Assembly (NCBI GenBank): GCA_963810095.1
Contig: CAWEMM010000007.1
Location: 160,001-224,000 of the forward strand
From: an uncultured Chloroflexia bacterium
GTDB taxonomy: Bacteria > Chloroflexota > Anaerolineae > CG2-30-64-16
Direction: 5' to 3'
DNA: 64,000 nucleotides
Under the pieces are notes generated by a model, which worked only from the letters and a program-made list of their open reading frames with translations, was not told where the DNA came from and did not search any database. Below are positions 18,901 to 30,600 of this stretch, piece after piece (the stretch's first letter is position 1; each line of letters opens with the position of its first letter). Made by a program: the position numbers and the translations under genes.

Positions 18901-21900
18901 ATGAGCTTACTGGAACGATCAGGAACGGCAGCACGGTCCATCATTGGCGAAGCGGACGAAGAAACGGAAACACGCGTGAGGAGGATGGCGGCATGGTGGG
19001 CAGCAATGGATTGAATGGCCATCGGGATGTGCTATCGCGGGGCGGCAACGGAAGCTCCGCTGCAGTGGGTTCGCGCATTGCCACGGATGGGGTCGACGTG
19101 TTGGCGCAGGCGCTCGCCCTCGCGCTGGAGCGCATGAGTTCGGCGCCCGTTCAGGCCCCCGGCGCCCTCGCGGAACATGCGGCGCAAGCGCAGCCGGCGC
19201 CGGCTGCGCTTGCGCCGCACGCCGCGTTCCCCGCGCCCGCCCCGTGGGACCGGACGACCACACCCGCCGGCTCCGTCGTCATCAGCGGCACCGGCCTGGG
19301 CCTGCCCGGCACGGCCAAGCGCATCATGGACCCCGACAACGCGCTCCGCGTGCTGCGGGGCGAGCAGTTCATCGACCTCGTGCCCGAGCCCTTCCGCCGC
19401 GAGATGCTCGCCAAGCGGGTCACCCGGCTCGTCAAGTCTGCCGACGGCGGGGGCAGCTTCCAGGTGATCGCCGATCCCGACGAAGTGATCCGGCTCGCGG
19501 GCCGCGGCGGTCCGTTCGACCTGGCCGACGAATACGGCGTGCCACAGAAGCTAGTCGAGAGCCTCGACATCACGTCGCAGCTCGCCATGGCCGCCGGCCT
19601 CGACGCCCTGCGCGAGGCCGGCATTCCCCTGGTGCAGACGTGGCGGTCCACTTCGACCGGTAAACATCTGCCCGACCGGTGGCTGATCCCCGCCGCGATG
19701 CGCGATGAGACCGGCGTCATCTTCGCCAGCGTGTTCCCCGGCGGCGCGGCCCTTGCGGGGGAGCTTGAACGGTATTACCAGTGGGAGAAGCGACTGGATG
19801 CGGTCGAGGAGCTGGAGGACTTGCGCCGGTACGTCCGCGACTTCGATGCACAGGCCGAGATCTGCCGGCGCATCGCGCAAGCTGCGCGACGAGATCTCCG
19901 CGCAGCCGTACGAGTTCGACCGCCGCTTTATCTTCCGCATTCTCTCCATGGGCCACAGCCAGTTCGCCGAGTACATCGGCGCCCGCGGGCCCAACACCCA
20001 GGTTAATGCCGCCTGTGCGACGACCACTCAGGCCATCGCGCTGGCCGAGGACTGGATCCGTTCGGGTCGCTGCCGCCGGGTGCTTGTCATCGCGGGCGAC
20101 GACGTCACCGGCGACTCGCTGATGGAATGGGTGGGTGCGGGCTTCCTCGCATTGGGCGCCGCGGCCACCGACGACCGGGTAAGCGAAGCCGCGCTGCCCT
20201 TCGACCGTCGCCGCCACGGCACGATTCTGGGCATGGGCGCGTGCGCGCTGGTGGTAGAGAGCGAAGACGCCCTGCGCGAGCGCGGGATGCGCGGCATCGT
20301 CGAGTTACTGTCGACCGAGGCCGCGAACAGCGCATATCACGGGTCGCGGTTGGACGTGGACCACATCGGCGACGTCATGGAAGGGCTGGTCTCGACGGCG
20401 GAAAAGCGGTTCGGCGTCAACCGCTATGCGATCGCGCCCTACACCGTTTTTGTCTCCCACGAGACTTACACGCCGGCCCGAGGCGGCAGTGCAGCGGCCG
20501 AGGTCGTCGCGCTGCGCAAGACTTTCGGCGAGGCGGCCCGGCACATCGTCGTCTCGAACACCAAGGGTTTCACCGGCCATGCGATGGGCGTGGGGGTGGA
20601 AGATGTATTGGCCGTCAAGATGCTCGAATATGGCATCGTGCCCCCCGTCCCCAATTTCCAGGAGGTGGATCCCGATCTTGGCGTGCTGAACCTCAGCCGT
20701 GGAGGCAATTACCCGATTGCCTATGCGCTTCACCTGGCCGCCGGCTTCGGTTCGCAGGTCTCGATGACGCTGCTGCGCCGGGTGCCGGGCGGCCCCGACC
20801 GCGTTGAAGACCGCCTGCGCTACCAGCACTGGTTGGACGCGGTGAGCGGCTACGACCGGGCACAACTCGAAACCGTGCAGCGGGTGCTGCGCGTGCAGTC
20901 GGAGGACGGCCCGGGCCGCAGCCCGCAACCGTCGCAGTGGCGTCGTGGGCAGGGCCCTTGCGAACGGGCCGCAGCCCCCGGCGAAGGCATCCCCGGCGCA
21001 GTTCGTCCCGCGCCGCTGTGGAAAGTGGCCGACAAGCTGGGTGGCGAGGCGGGGAAGACGGTCACCACCGGGCGCGTGGAACACGAAGGCACTAAAGTGG
21101 CGGTGCGCGACGAGGCGAAGGAGATGGCACGCGAACACACGCAGGCGGTGGAGGTCACGGAGCGCGAAGGGGTGGCGAAGCGCAGCTTCGTCGACCCCAC
21201 CGGTGCCTCTTCCCGAGCCCTCTACGCCAGCGGTGTCCTCGGTGGCAGAACAAGACGCGGTCACGGCCAAGGTGCTGGAGATCGTGGCGGGCAAGACCGG
21301 TTATCCGCAGGACATGCTCGACCTCGACCTGGACCTGGAGGCCGACCTGGGCATCGACACGGTAAAGCAGGCCGAGACCTTTGCCGCCATTCGCCAGGCG
21401 TATGATATCCCGCCCCAGCAGGGGTTAAGCCTGCGCGATTACCCGACCCTCAAGTCGGTCGCCGGCTTCGTGCACAAGCTGCGGCCCGATTTGGCCACCG
21501 AGCGCACAGAGACTGCGACGAGAGGCGTCGAGCATTCTGCGCCCGCAGCAGTTGCTTCTCCTGCCCCTGCCGCCGCGCCGGTGTCCTCGTCAGTCGTCTC
21601 CGGGCCCTCGGTGTCCTCTGTGGGAATGGAGGACCCCGTCACGGCCAAGGTGCTGGAGATCGTGGCGGGCAAGACGGGCTATCCCCAGGACATGCTCGAC
21701 CTGGACCTGGACCTGGAGGCCGACCTGGGCATCGACACGGTGAAGCAGGCCGAGACGTTCGCCGCCATCCGCCAGGCGTATGATATCCCGCCCCAGCAGG
21801 GCCTGAGCCTGCGCGATTATCCAACCCTCAAGTCGGTTGTCGGCTTCGTGCACAAGCTGCGGCCGGACTTGGCCGAGGGGACTCCCGAAACGGAGGCCGC

Positions 21901-24486
21901 GCGCCCTTTTGAGGTGGCCGGGCCCGGCGAGGGGCCGCCCACAGCCCGGCCCGCGCTCCACACTATCGGAACGCTCGAGGATGCCGACCGCATCGCCCGC
22001 CGCGTTCCTCGGGCTGCCCTGCGTCCGGCGCTCGAGCTCTGCAAGCCGACCGGCGTGGTCCTCGAGCAAGGCAGCCGAGTGGTGGTCATGCTGGACGAAG
22101 GGTGTGTGGGCACGGAGCTGGCCCACCGTCTGGCCGAGGCGCGCGTCGAGCCACTGCTGCTGGAGCCCGGCATCGATACTGCGTCCTTAACCGAGCGGCT
22201 GCGCGAGTGGCAGGCACAAGGTTCGATCCAGGGCGTTTACTGGCTGCCCGCGCTCGACGTCGAGCCGTCGCTCGACAGCATGGACCTCTCGGCATGGCGC
22301 GAGCTGAACCGCCGCCGCGTCAAGAACCTCTATGCAGCCATGCGCGCGCTGTACGACGGGGTGGCTCGGCAAGGCACCTTCCTACTGAGCGCAACTCGCC
22401 TGGGCGGCCTGCACGGGTACGGCGAGGACGGGGCAACTGCGCCGCTCGGCGGTGCGGTCACCGGGTTCACAAAGGCCTACACGGCCGAACAGGGGCTGGC
22501 CGCGGCCGGCACCGGTGGAAGCGGTCCGCTGGTCAAGGCGGTCGACGTCGCCGCGGGCGTACCTGATGCCCAGGTGGCGCGCTGGCTCATTGGCGAGACC
22601 CTGGTCGATCCGGGGATCGTCGAGGTCGGCTACCGTGACGGCCTGCGCTTCACAGTCAACCTGGAGGAGGAGCCGGCGCGCGATGGAGGCGCAGGGCTTA
22701 GTGCTCGGTCCCGAGACAGTCGTGCTGGTCACGGGCGCGGCAGGCGGGATCACGAGCGCGATCGTGGCGGATCTCGCCGCGGCAAGCGGCGGAAGCTTCT
22801 ACCTGCTCGACCTCGCGCCGCTGCCTGCGCAGGACGACGAACATGTGCGACTGTTCTGCGCGGGCCGTGAGGCGCTCAAGCAGGCGCTGATCGAGGCTGC
22901 CCGCAGGGCCGGCGGCAAACCAAAGCCTGCCGAAATCGACCGCCAGATCGCGGCCGTGGAGCGCCAGGCGGCCGCGCTGGCGGCGGTGCAAGCCGTCGAG
23001 GCCGCGGGCGGAAAGGCCCACTACCGCAGCCTCGACTTCCGCGATCTCGCCGCGGTGGAGGCCGTCATCGACGAGGTGCGCGCCGCGCACGGCCGCATCG
23101 ACCTGCTGGTCCACGCCGCGGGCCTGTTGATCGATAAAACGCTGCCCGACAAGCAGCCCGAGCAGTTCGACCTGGTTTTCGACGTGAAGGCCGACGGCTT
23201 TTTCAACCTGTTGAAGGCAAGCCAGGCCCTTCCCATCGGCGCGACCGTCGCATTCAGCTCGGTTGCAGGGCGCTTCGGCAATAACGGGCAGGCGGACTAC
23301 TCCGCCGCCAATGACCTGCTCTGCAAACTGACCCACAACCTGTCACACTGGCGGCCGGCAACGCGGGGCATCGCGATCGACTGGACGGCATGGGGCGGCA
23401 TCGGCATGGCGGCCCGCGGCTCGGTGCCGCAAATCATGGAGGCACTCGGCGTCGACATGCTCCCACCCGAGGCAGGCGTGCCAACCGTCCGCCGCGAGCT
23501 GACCTACGGGGCCGCCCGTGGGCGAGGTGCTCATCGCGGGGCGGCTGGGCGCCTGGCTTGAGGAGCGCGATGCCAGCGGCGGCCTGGACCCGAACAGGGT
23601 GGATGCCGCGCTCGGCGCTCAGGCGCGACTGATGGCGGGCCGGCTGGTGGGGACACCCTCCCACGGTGGGGTCGACATCGAGACCACACTCGACCCCCGG
23701 GCACAAGCGTTCCTGTACGACCATGCGCCCGACCCCGACACGCCCTGGCTGCCCGGCGTGATGGCCATCGAGGCGCTGGCCGAGTCGGCGCAGCTGCTCG
23801 CGCCTGACCACCAGGTGGCGGCGGTCGAGGACGTCCGGATGCTTGGGGCCTTCAAGTTCTTCCGCATGGAGCCGCGCACGCTCCATGTCGCGGGAACGGT
23901 GAGGCCGGTGGGCGACGAACTCCATGGGTCCATGGTCCTGCGCTCCGTCACGCAGCCCCTTAGGCCCGAGATGCCGGCGCAGGTGAAGGAGCACTTCGTC
24001 GGAAAGGTCCGGCTCGCCAGGTCGGTCCGCGAGCCCGTTCGCATCTCGCCCGAGGCCGTCGTGCTCCCGGAGTCAGCGCTGACAATCCGGGCGGCCAGCA
24101 TCTATCCGCCCTTCTTTCACGGTCCGGCGTACCGTGTAGTCGACGGGGCCACGGTTGCAGGCGGCCGGGTCGTTGCCCGCATGACCGCGGGCTTACCGCC
24201 CCAGTCAGCGCCGGCCGGTGCGGCAACGCTCATGGCGCCCCGCCTGGTGGAACTTTGCTTCCAGGCCGCCGCGCTCTGGAGTCTGCAGACGGCGGGTGCG
24301 ATGGCCTTCCCTGCAAGCCTCGCCAGCCTGGTCGTCTATCGCCAGGAGCCTCAGGAACCCGCTGACCGGCTCTGGTGCACGCTGGAGACGGGTGACGGAT
24401 CGACTTTTGAGGGCCAGGTGGTGGACGAAGAGGGCAACGTGTACGTGGCGTTGAAGGGGTACCGAACGATCGCCAGGCCGGGCTGA
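15977..24486 (+). CDS. Stand-alone multidomain type I PKS/FAS, PfaA-like: KS-AT-KS-ACP-ACP-KR-DH; about 6 frameshifts
   Basis: KS1: [24 protein letters not shown]: [23 protein letters not shown]2: [25 protein letters not shown]. Two ACPs: [17 protein letters not shown]: [16 protein letters not shown]: FLYDH...LPGV plus a second hot-dog segment. AAGGAG RBS before 15977. Confidence 0.9.
21258..21875 (+). repeat. Near-identical tandem duplication of the ACP-coding sequence (about 21258-21497 and 21636-21875)
   Basis: Both copies encode [67 protein letters not shown](A/V)[11 protein letters not shown], with mostly synonymous differences. Confidence 0.9.
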
Positions 24487-24575
24487 CCGCCTACCGGCGA
24501 CCCGGCCAACCCGCAAAGGGGTGGCGCTAGAGATCGAAAACCGAGGCCACTTCGAGCCCTTCTGGCAGAGTGGCC

Positions 24576-27459
24576 TCAGTTGGGATCCGTATACCGGACC
24601 GAGATGCGCGTGCCTGATTCCGGTGCGCTCTCGATTGACAGGGTTGCGCCCACTCGCTCCGCCCGTTCCCGCATCGAGCGGAGGCCCAGGTGCCCCGGAT
24701 ACGAGCCGTTGGGATCGAACCCTTTCCCGTTGTCGGTCACTTCCAGGTCGGCCCGGCCGTCACCCTGGCTGAGTTTGACCTCCATGCGGGTCGGCTTCGC
24801 GTGTTTGAGCGCGTTATTGATGGCCTCCTGCGCAATGCGGTAGAAGGTCTCCTTAACCGGCAAAGGCAGCTCGGGCTCATCGCACAGCGCCACGTCGAGC
24901 TGGAACTGGCCGCGCTGCTGCAGCGCGGTGGTCTGCAACTCCAGCGCCTTGACCAATCCGTCCGTCTCCAACTGGTCGGGCCGCAGCTCGAAGATCAGGG
25001 CCCGCATCTCGGCCTGGGCCGTCCTCGCCAGCTGGGCGGCGGCCTCGACGCGGACACGCGCAACGTCCGGTTTCTTCTCCCAGTTATTCAGCGCACCATG
25101 CGTCGCCATCACCACGCCAAACAGCGCTTGTGACACAGAGTCGTGCAGATCGCGGGCGAGCCGCTGGCGCTCCTCCAGCACGGCAAACTCCTGGGCCTGT
25201 TGGTAAAGACGGGCATTTTCGATGGCGATTGCCGCCTGGTTCGCGATCGCGGTTGCGAGGCGAGCGTGGTCCGCGGTGAAGCGGCCCGGCTCGTTGTGCG
25301 TAAGCCGCAGGATGCCGATCGGTCGGTTCTTGACCATGATCGGCACGGCCAGATAGGAGCGCGCCTTGCCGGCCAGCCGCCGCTGATCGACTGCCTGGGG
25401 CGCGTGCCACGCCCGAGCGAGGGGTGTGTTCTCATCCAGGTCCGTGATATAGACAGGCTTGCGATCGCGCACGGACTGCCAGAGGCCTGACGTTTTGCGC
25501 AGCGACATGCGGGTGGCCATGGCGTCGGCGCGCGGCAGCGGGCCGACATACTCCTGCACCACCAGGTCGTCGCCCTCGATCAGGTAGATCGTGACCCCAT
25601 CCGAATCGATCACGCCGTGCAGTTCCTGAACGAGCCGCGCCAGGACCTGTGGCAGATCAAGCGTCGAGACGAGCGTCTGGCTGACGGCCAGGAGGCTGGC
25701 GAGTTCGTCACGGGTGTGGCGCAACACCCGCTCGTCCGCAATCCGATCGCTGACGTCGGTGAACGACACGACGGCCGCGATGATCTCGCGATTGCGATCG
25801 TAGATGGGTGCAGAGCTGACGGACATGACGCCCCAGGTGTCGTCGCCGCGCAGGAAGTCTATCTCTTGCCCATGCACCACTTCGCCCTTGGCCAGGGACC
25901 GAGCAAGCGGCCATTCTTCGGGCAGGTAGGGCCGGCCGTCGGCGTGGAAGCCCTGGTACGCCCGGTAGGCCGCGGTTTCGGGCGATGGAATGAACGGGTG
26001 GCGCCAGATTTCCTCCGCCCGACGGTTACTCAGGACCAGCCGGCCGGTGGGCGCCTCGGCCAGGATGACGCCGATGGGCATATTCTCGATGAGCGCGGCG
26101 AGGCGCGCGCGTTCCACGTCCAGCGCATGGCCGATGCTGCTCAGTTCGCTCGCTTGCGCCTGGAGCTCGACTGCCTGCGCCTCGGCCCGGTGGAGCAACT
26201 GCTCGAGCTCGCGCCGGTTTAGCACCTGCTCCGTGACCTCGATGGCCACAAGCATCAGGTCGCGGTCAGCCTCGGGTGCGCCGCGTCACCGAGGCAGCGC
26301 CGTAGTAGAAGGGCAGCACCGAATAGCGCCAGTAGGTCGTGCCGCGGGCAAAGCCTTCGTGGCGATACTCGGTGTCCAGGTGCGGCTCGCCGGTCTCCAC
26401 AATGCGGTGAAACAGGTCGAGGAGACCCTGCTCTTGCGCGCGGGGGACGAATTCATCGAAAGCCAGCCCGGCAATGCCCTCGCTCCGGAACGGCTCGTCC
26501 AGGAACTGCTGGTAGGCGGCGTTTGCATACTTCACGCGGAGGTCGCGGCCCGACAGGACGCAGATGCCCGCCGGGGCAGATGACAGGAGGGCGTCATAGA
26601 ACTCGCGCTGGCGCTGCATCTCGGCGGCCAGGAGCTTGCGCTCCGTGATGTCGTGGAAATAGACGTCGATGACGTTGCCGCGCGGAAATGCGTGCACTTC
26701 GTGCCAGCGCTGCGTGATGGCCGATAGACCCTCGAAATGCACGGGGCGCTCCTCGGCAAAAGCGCGGGCGTAATTGTCATAAAACAACGTCTTCTTCGCG
26801 GCCGGAAACTCCTCCCACATGTCCTTTCCCAGGAGCTCGGCCTGGGACCGGCCGAAGAGTGCAGCGGCGACCGGGTTGATCTCCAGAATCCGCCAGTCGC
26901 GCGACAGCGAAATATAGGCTTCGAGGAGGCTGTTCAGTACGGCAGAGACTCGCCGGCCTGCCTGCTCGGCACGCTCCTGTGCGGCGCGCATCTCCGTCAC
27001 ATCGGAGAAGGTGACGACGACGCCGGTGACCGCCCCTTCGGGACCGCGCATCGGCGCGGCGCTCACTGTCGCCCAGGACGGCCGCCGCGTTTCGGGGTGC
27101 TCGAAGGTGAGGAGCATGCCGCGTACGGTTTCGCCGCGCAGCGCGCGGGGCATCGGCAATTCCGCCGCGTTTTCGACGGTCACGCCGTCGCTCCACTGGA
27201 AGTGCAGGGCCTGAATCCGCCGTTCGAGGTCAGGCTCGTAGTGTTCCGGTGAATAGCCGAGCAGGCGTTGCGCGACCGGGTTCATGCGCAGGATCCGGCC
27301 CTGTGCGTCAAACAGCATCAGGCCGTCGGAGGTCGCACCGAAAATAGCCTCGAGTTCGGCCGTGCGTTTCGCTGCCAAACGCTCGAGCTCGAGTGGCGAG
27401 AGGTCTGCGGTATCAGTCATTTTGGACGAGATGTCTCTAGGCTGGCTTGGATTGTGCAC
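24576..27459 (-). CDS. Cytoplasmic multi-PAS + GAF sensor histidine kinase (HisKA_3/NarX type); frameshift near 26270; alternative start 27420
   Basis: Several PAS/PAC segments; GAF (LAVPIMVK..IGIL); H-box ERQRLARDLHDSVSQ; RIAQEAINNALKHA; DNGKGF; HLGLRSMRERA. Confidence 0.9.
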
Positions 27460-27567
27460 ATATCATACCACATCGAGATGCACGGAGTCACTTTATGATC
27501 CATGCGAGATAGATCAACGCCAGTCAAAACAAATAGATACGGGGAGGGACGTCGCGCAGGGACATGA

Positions 27568-27613
27568 AAGGCGCCGGGAATGGACTCCAAGGGGAATCCA
27601 CTCCCGGCGCCTT
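27568..27613 (-). terminator. Intrinsic terminator hairpin after the Kelch/dehydrogenase gene
   Basis: AAGGCGCCGGGA...TCCCGGCGCCTT stem with a short T run on the minus strand. Confidence 0.65.
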
Positions 27614-27634
27614 CTGATCACCGGCGTTTCGAGA

Positions 27635-30600
27635 CTAGCGCACGCTCACCGCGGAGGTGGCGCTGCCGCCCAGGCTGCTGCGCACCGTCACGTTCTGCGG
27701 GGCGGCCGGCAGCGGGAACGTGCCGCTGTACGTTGTGCCCTTAAGGGTCAGCGTGCCAATCAGCGCACCGGTTGCCGTGTCATACACCTTCAGAACGGCG
27801 TTGGACCCGGATGAGGTGGCGTCGACCAGCAGCGTGCCCTGCGACGTGCGATACAAGGCCCGCGTGATGCGGACGGTATCGCCGGCCGGCGCGCCGGTCG
27901 CTGTGCGGGTGGGCGATGGTGTCGCAGTCGGTGCGAGCGTCGGCGTGCGCGTCGGCGTGGCTGTGGCGGCAATCTGCGTCGGCGTCGGCGTACGCGTCGG
28001 CGTGAACGTCGGCGTCGCGGTGGCGCTCGCCTGCGTCGGAGTCGGCGTGAACGTCGGCGTCGCAGTGGCGCTTACCTGCGTTGGAGTCGGCGTGAACGTG
28101 GGCGTCGCAGTGGCACTCGCCTGCGTGGGCGTCGGCGTGAACGTGGGTGTTGCGGTTCCCGCCGACCCGAGGCTGAACGCCTCGTTGACGTCGGTGAACG
28201 CGGAACCGCCCGTGGGGCCGCCGCCCGCCACGTACACGACGCCGTTCACGGTTGCGGCCGAGGCGCCATGGCGCGGGGTCAGCATCGGCTGGAGCGTCCG
28301 CCACGTATTGGTGAGCGGGTCGTACTCTTCGTTTTGGCTGAAGGTTCCGCCCGAGGGCGTGCGCTCGCCGCCGATGAGCTGCGCCCGACCGTTGAGGTAG
28401 CCGGTCACCATCGTGCGCCGGCCCGTTGGCATCGGGCGCGCGCGGTCCACGTGTTGGTAGTCGGATCGAACATCTCGGCCGATGCGAGGGTGCCGTTGAC
28501 CTCTGTGCCGTCTGCGTTGCGCGTCCGCCCGCCAAACACGTACATCTTGCCGCCCAGAATTGCCGAACCCGGGTTGTCACGGCGCTCGATCATCGACGGC
28601 GCCGCGCTCCAGCTGTTAGTCGCCGGGTCATACACCTCGACGCTGTTCAGCGACGCGCCGTCGTTGCCCATCCCGCCGGCCACGTAGATCTTGCCGTTGA
28701 GCACTTGGGCCGTCGGGTCCGCCGCGCCCGGTCGCCATCGACGCCAGCATCGTCCACTGGTTCGTGGCCGGATCGTAGACCGCTGCGTTGGCGACTGCGC
28801 CGGTGAAGGCCGCGGTCGACCCGGCGAATACGTAGAGCTTGCCGTTGTACGATGTGACCGCAGGGTTCTCAACCGCCGGGTACGAGGTGGGCAGGTCGGG
28901 TCCCTGGCTCCACACGTTCGTGGCGGGATTGTAGATGTACAGCGTGCGCTGGTGAATGTCGCCCGTGATTTTGCCGGCAACCGAGTAGAGCTTGCCGCCA
29001 AGCTCGGCGCCGCCCGCATCGAGCAGGGAGACCGGCATCTTCTGCTTGACAGTCCAGGCGCCCGGCGCGCTGCTCGTCGGCGAGGGTGTCGGGGTGACGG
29101 TCGGCGTCGACTGTGCGAAGCCGGCCGGGATCAGCGCGGTGACGCGCTGCGCGCCCAGCTCGCCCACGAAGATCGTCCCGTCGGGCGCCTGCGCCAGGGG
29201 CAGCGGATCGCTCAGCCCGCCCGCCAACTGCGTCGCCTGCAAGACGGTCGTGCCGTCGGCCGAGAGCTTGATGCGGGTGATGTCGTCGCCAACCGAGTAG
29301 TTCGCGACGAGGACTTCACCCTTCAGGGTCCCGTCAAACGCGTCGGCCGTGTACTCAATCGTCCCATCGGACGAAGTGTTCATGCCCATCGTGTGAATCG
29401 GGTTGAGATAGTTGGCTGCGGGCGAAACACTCTGGTAGTGGCCGTCCTTGAAGATGCACTCGTTCCGATAGGGATTCGGATGGCCGAACGTCTTCCCCTG
29501 GATCAACCGGTGGAAGAGATCAGGCTGGATGCCCGGGTTGTCGCCGCCCTGGGTCCAACTGGTCGTATCGCCGTAGCCTTCGCACGGCGGCGTCGGGTTG
29601 GGCGGGAAGCTCCCGGTCACGCCCAGGCCATTGTCCGGACCGTAGGCGTTGCCGTTCGAGTGCCAGACGAAGTCGTACATGTTGCGCAGGCCCGAAGAAT
29701 ACACCTGTACGCTGCAAGGCGAAGGGCCGTAAGTGTTCTCAGGCGTCGCGCAGGTCCCGTCGAAGCCGGCTGCCTTCACGTCTGCCACCAGGAACGCGGC
29801 CGACAGCGGCTGTTCGGCGCGCGTGCCGAATTCCGTATTGGCGGTGTTGGGCGCGCCCGCGCCGGTGTTGCCGCCATTGGCGATGTACAGCTTGCCGTCG
29901 GGCCCAAAGTGGACCGCGTTGATCGCATGGTTGGCGATCGCGCGCGGCAGCCCGGTGATCACGTCCTGGCGCGTTGCGAAGTCCGCGCCCGAGAGCCTCG
30001 TCACCGTGCTCGAGTTCAGCTCGCCGTTATCGGTCGACGGGCTGGAATGGGAGACCCACAGGATGACGTTGCTGGGCGTCGATGCGGGATCCACGGTAAT
30101 GCCGAGCGTGAGTCGCGAGCCCAGCGTCGTGATCACCTGGTCGGCCGTGACCTGCTTGGCGCTGTCGAGCGTGAGTGCATGGATCTTGCCGAACATCTCC
30201 GTGACATACAGGCGGTTGTCCGGCCCCCATACCATGGCAGTTGGGTTCGGGATGGGGAAGCTGACGCGGTTGAAGTTGAGGTCCGACGTCGAGCCGGTCG
30301 TAGTTTCGGCGGTCACCGAGAAATCGTCGAATGCGTAGGTCAAGGCGGCCTGGCTGTACCGGTGCGAGGCGAAGACGCCACCGAAGCTGCGGGTGCCAAT
30401 CGCGGGATCGATCCCCGCGGCGTCGAAGCTGAAGAACTCCCCGGGCACGATGAACGTGCCCAGTTGGGTCAGGTCTGCGCCGTTGATGCTGAAGTATGCG
30501 GCGACCGTCCGGTCCGTCGGATTCGCGCGCAGACGCAGGTTGACGCGGGACGTTGCGACCGAAAGCGGCCCGGTCACGAACGAGCCCGTGCGGACGCCGC

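Noticed and set aside
15977-24486. Labelling the gene as pfaA of a canonical PUFA synthase cluster
   Set aside because: It has an extra active KS and Thr-type ACPs, and no pfaB/C/D/E or hgl partners are adjacent.
27900-28160. Regularly spaced repeats resembling a CRISPR array
   Set aside because: Contiguous 45-bp in-frame units encode a Pro/Thr linker; no unique spacers and no cas genes.
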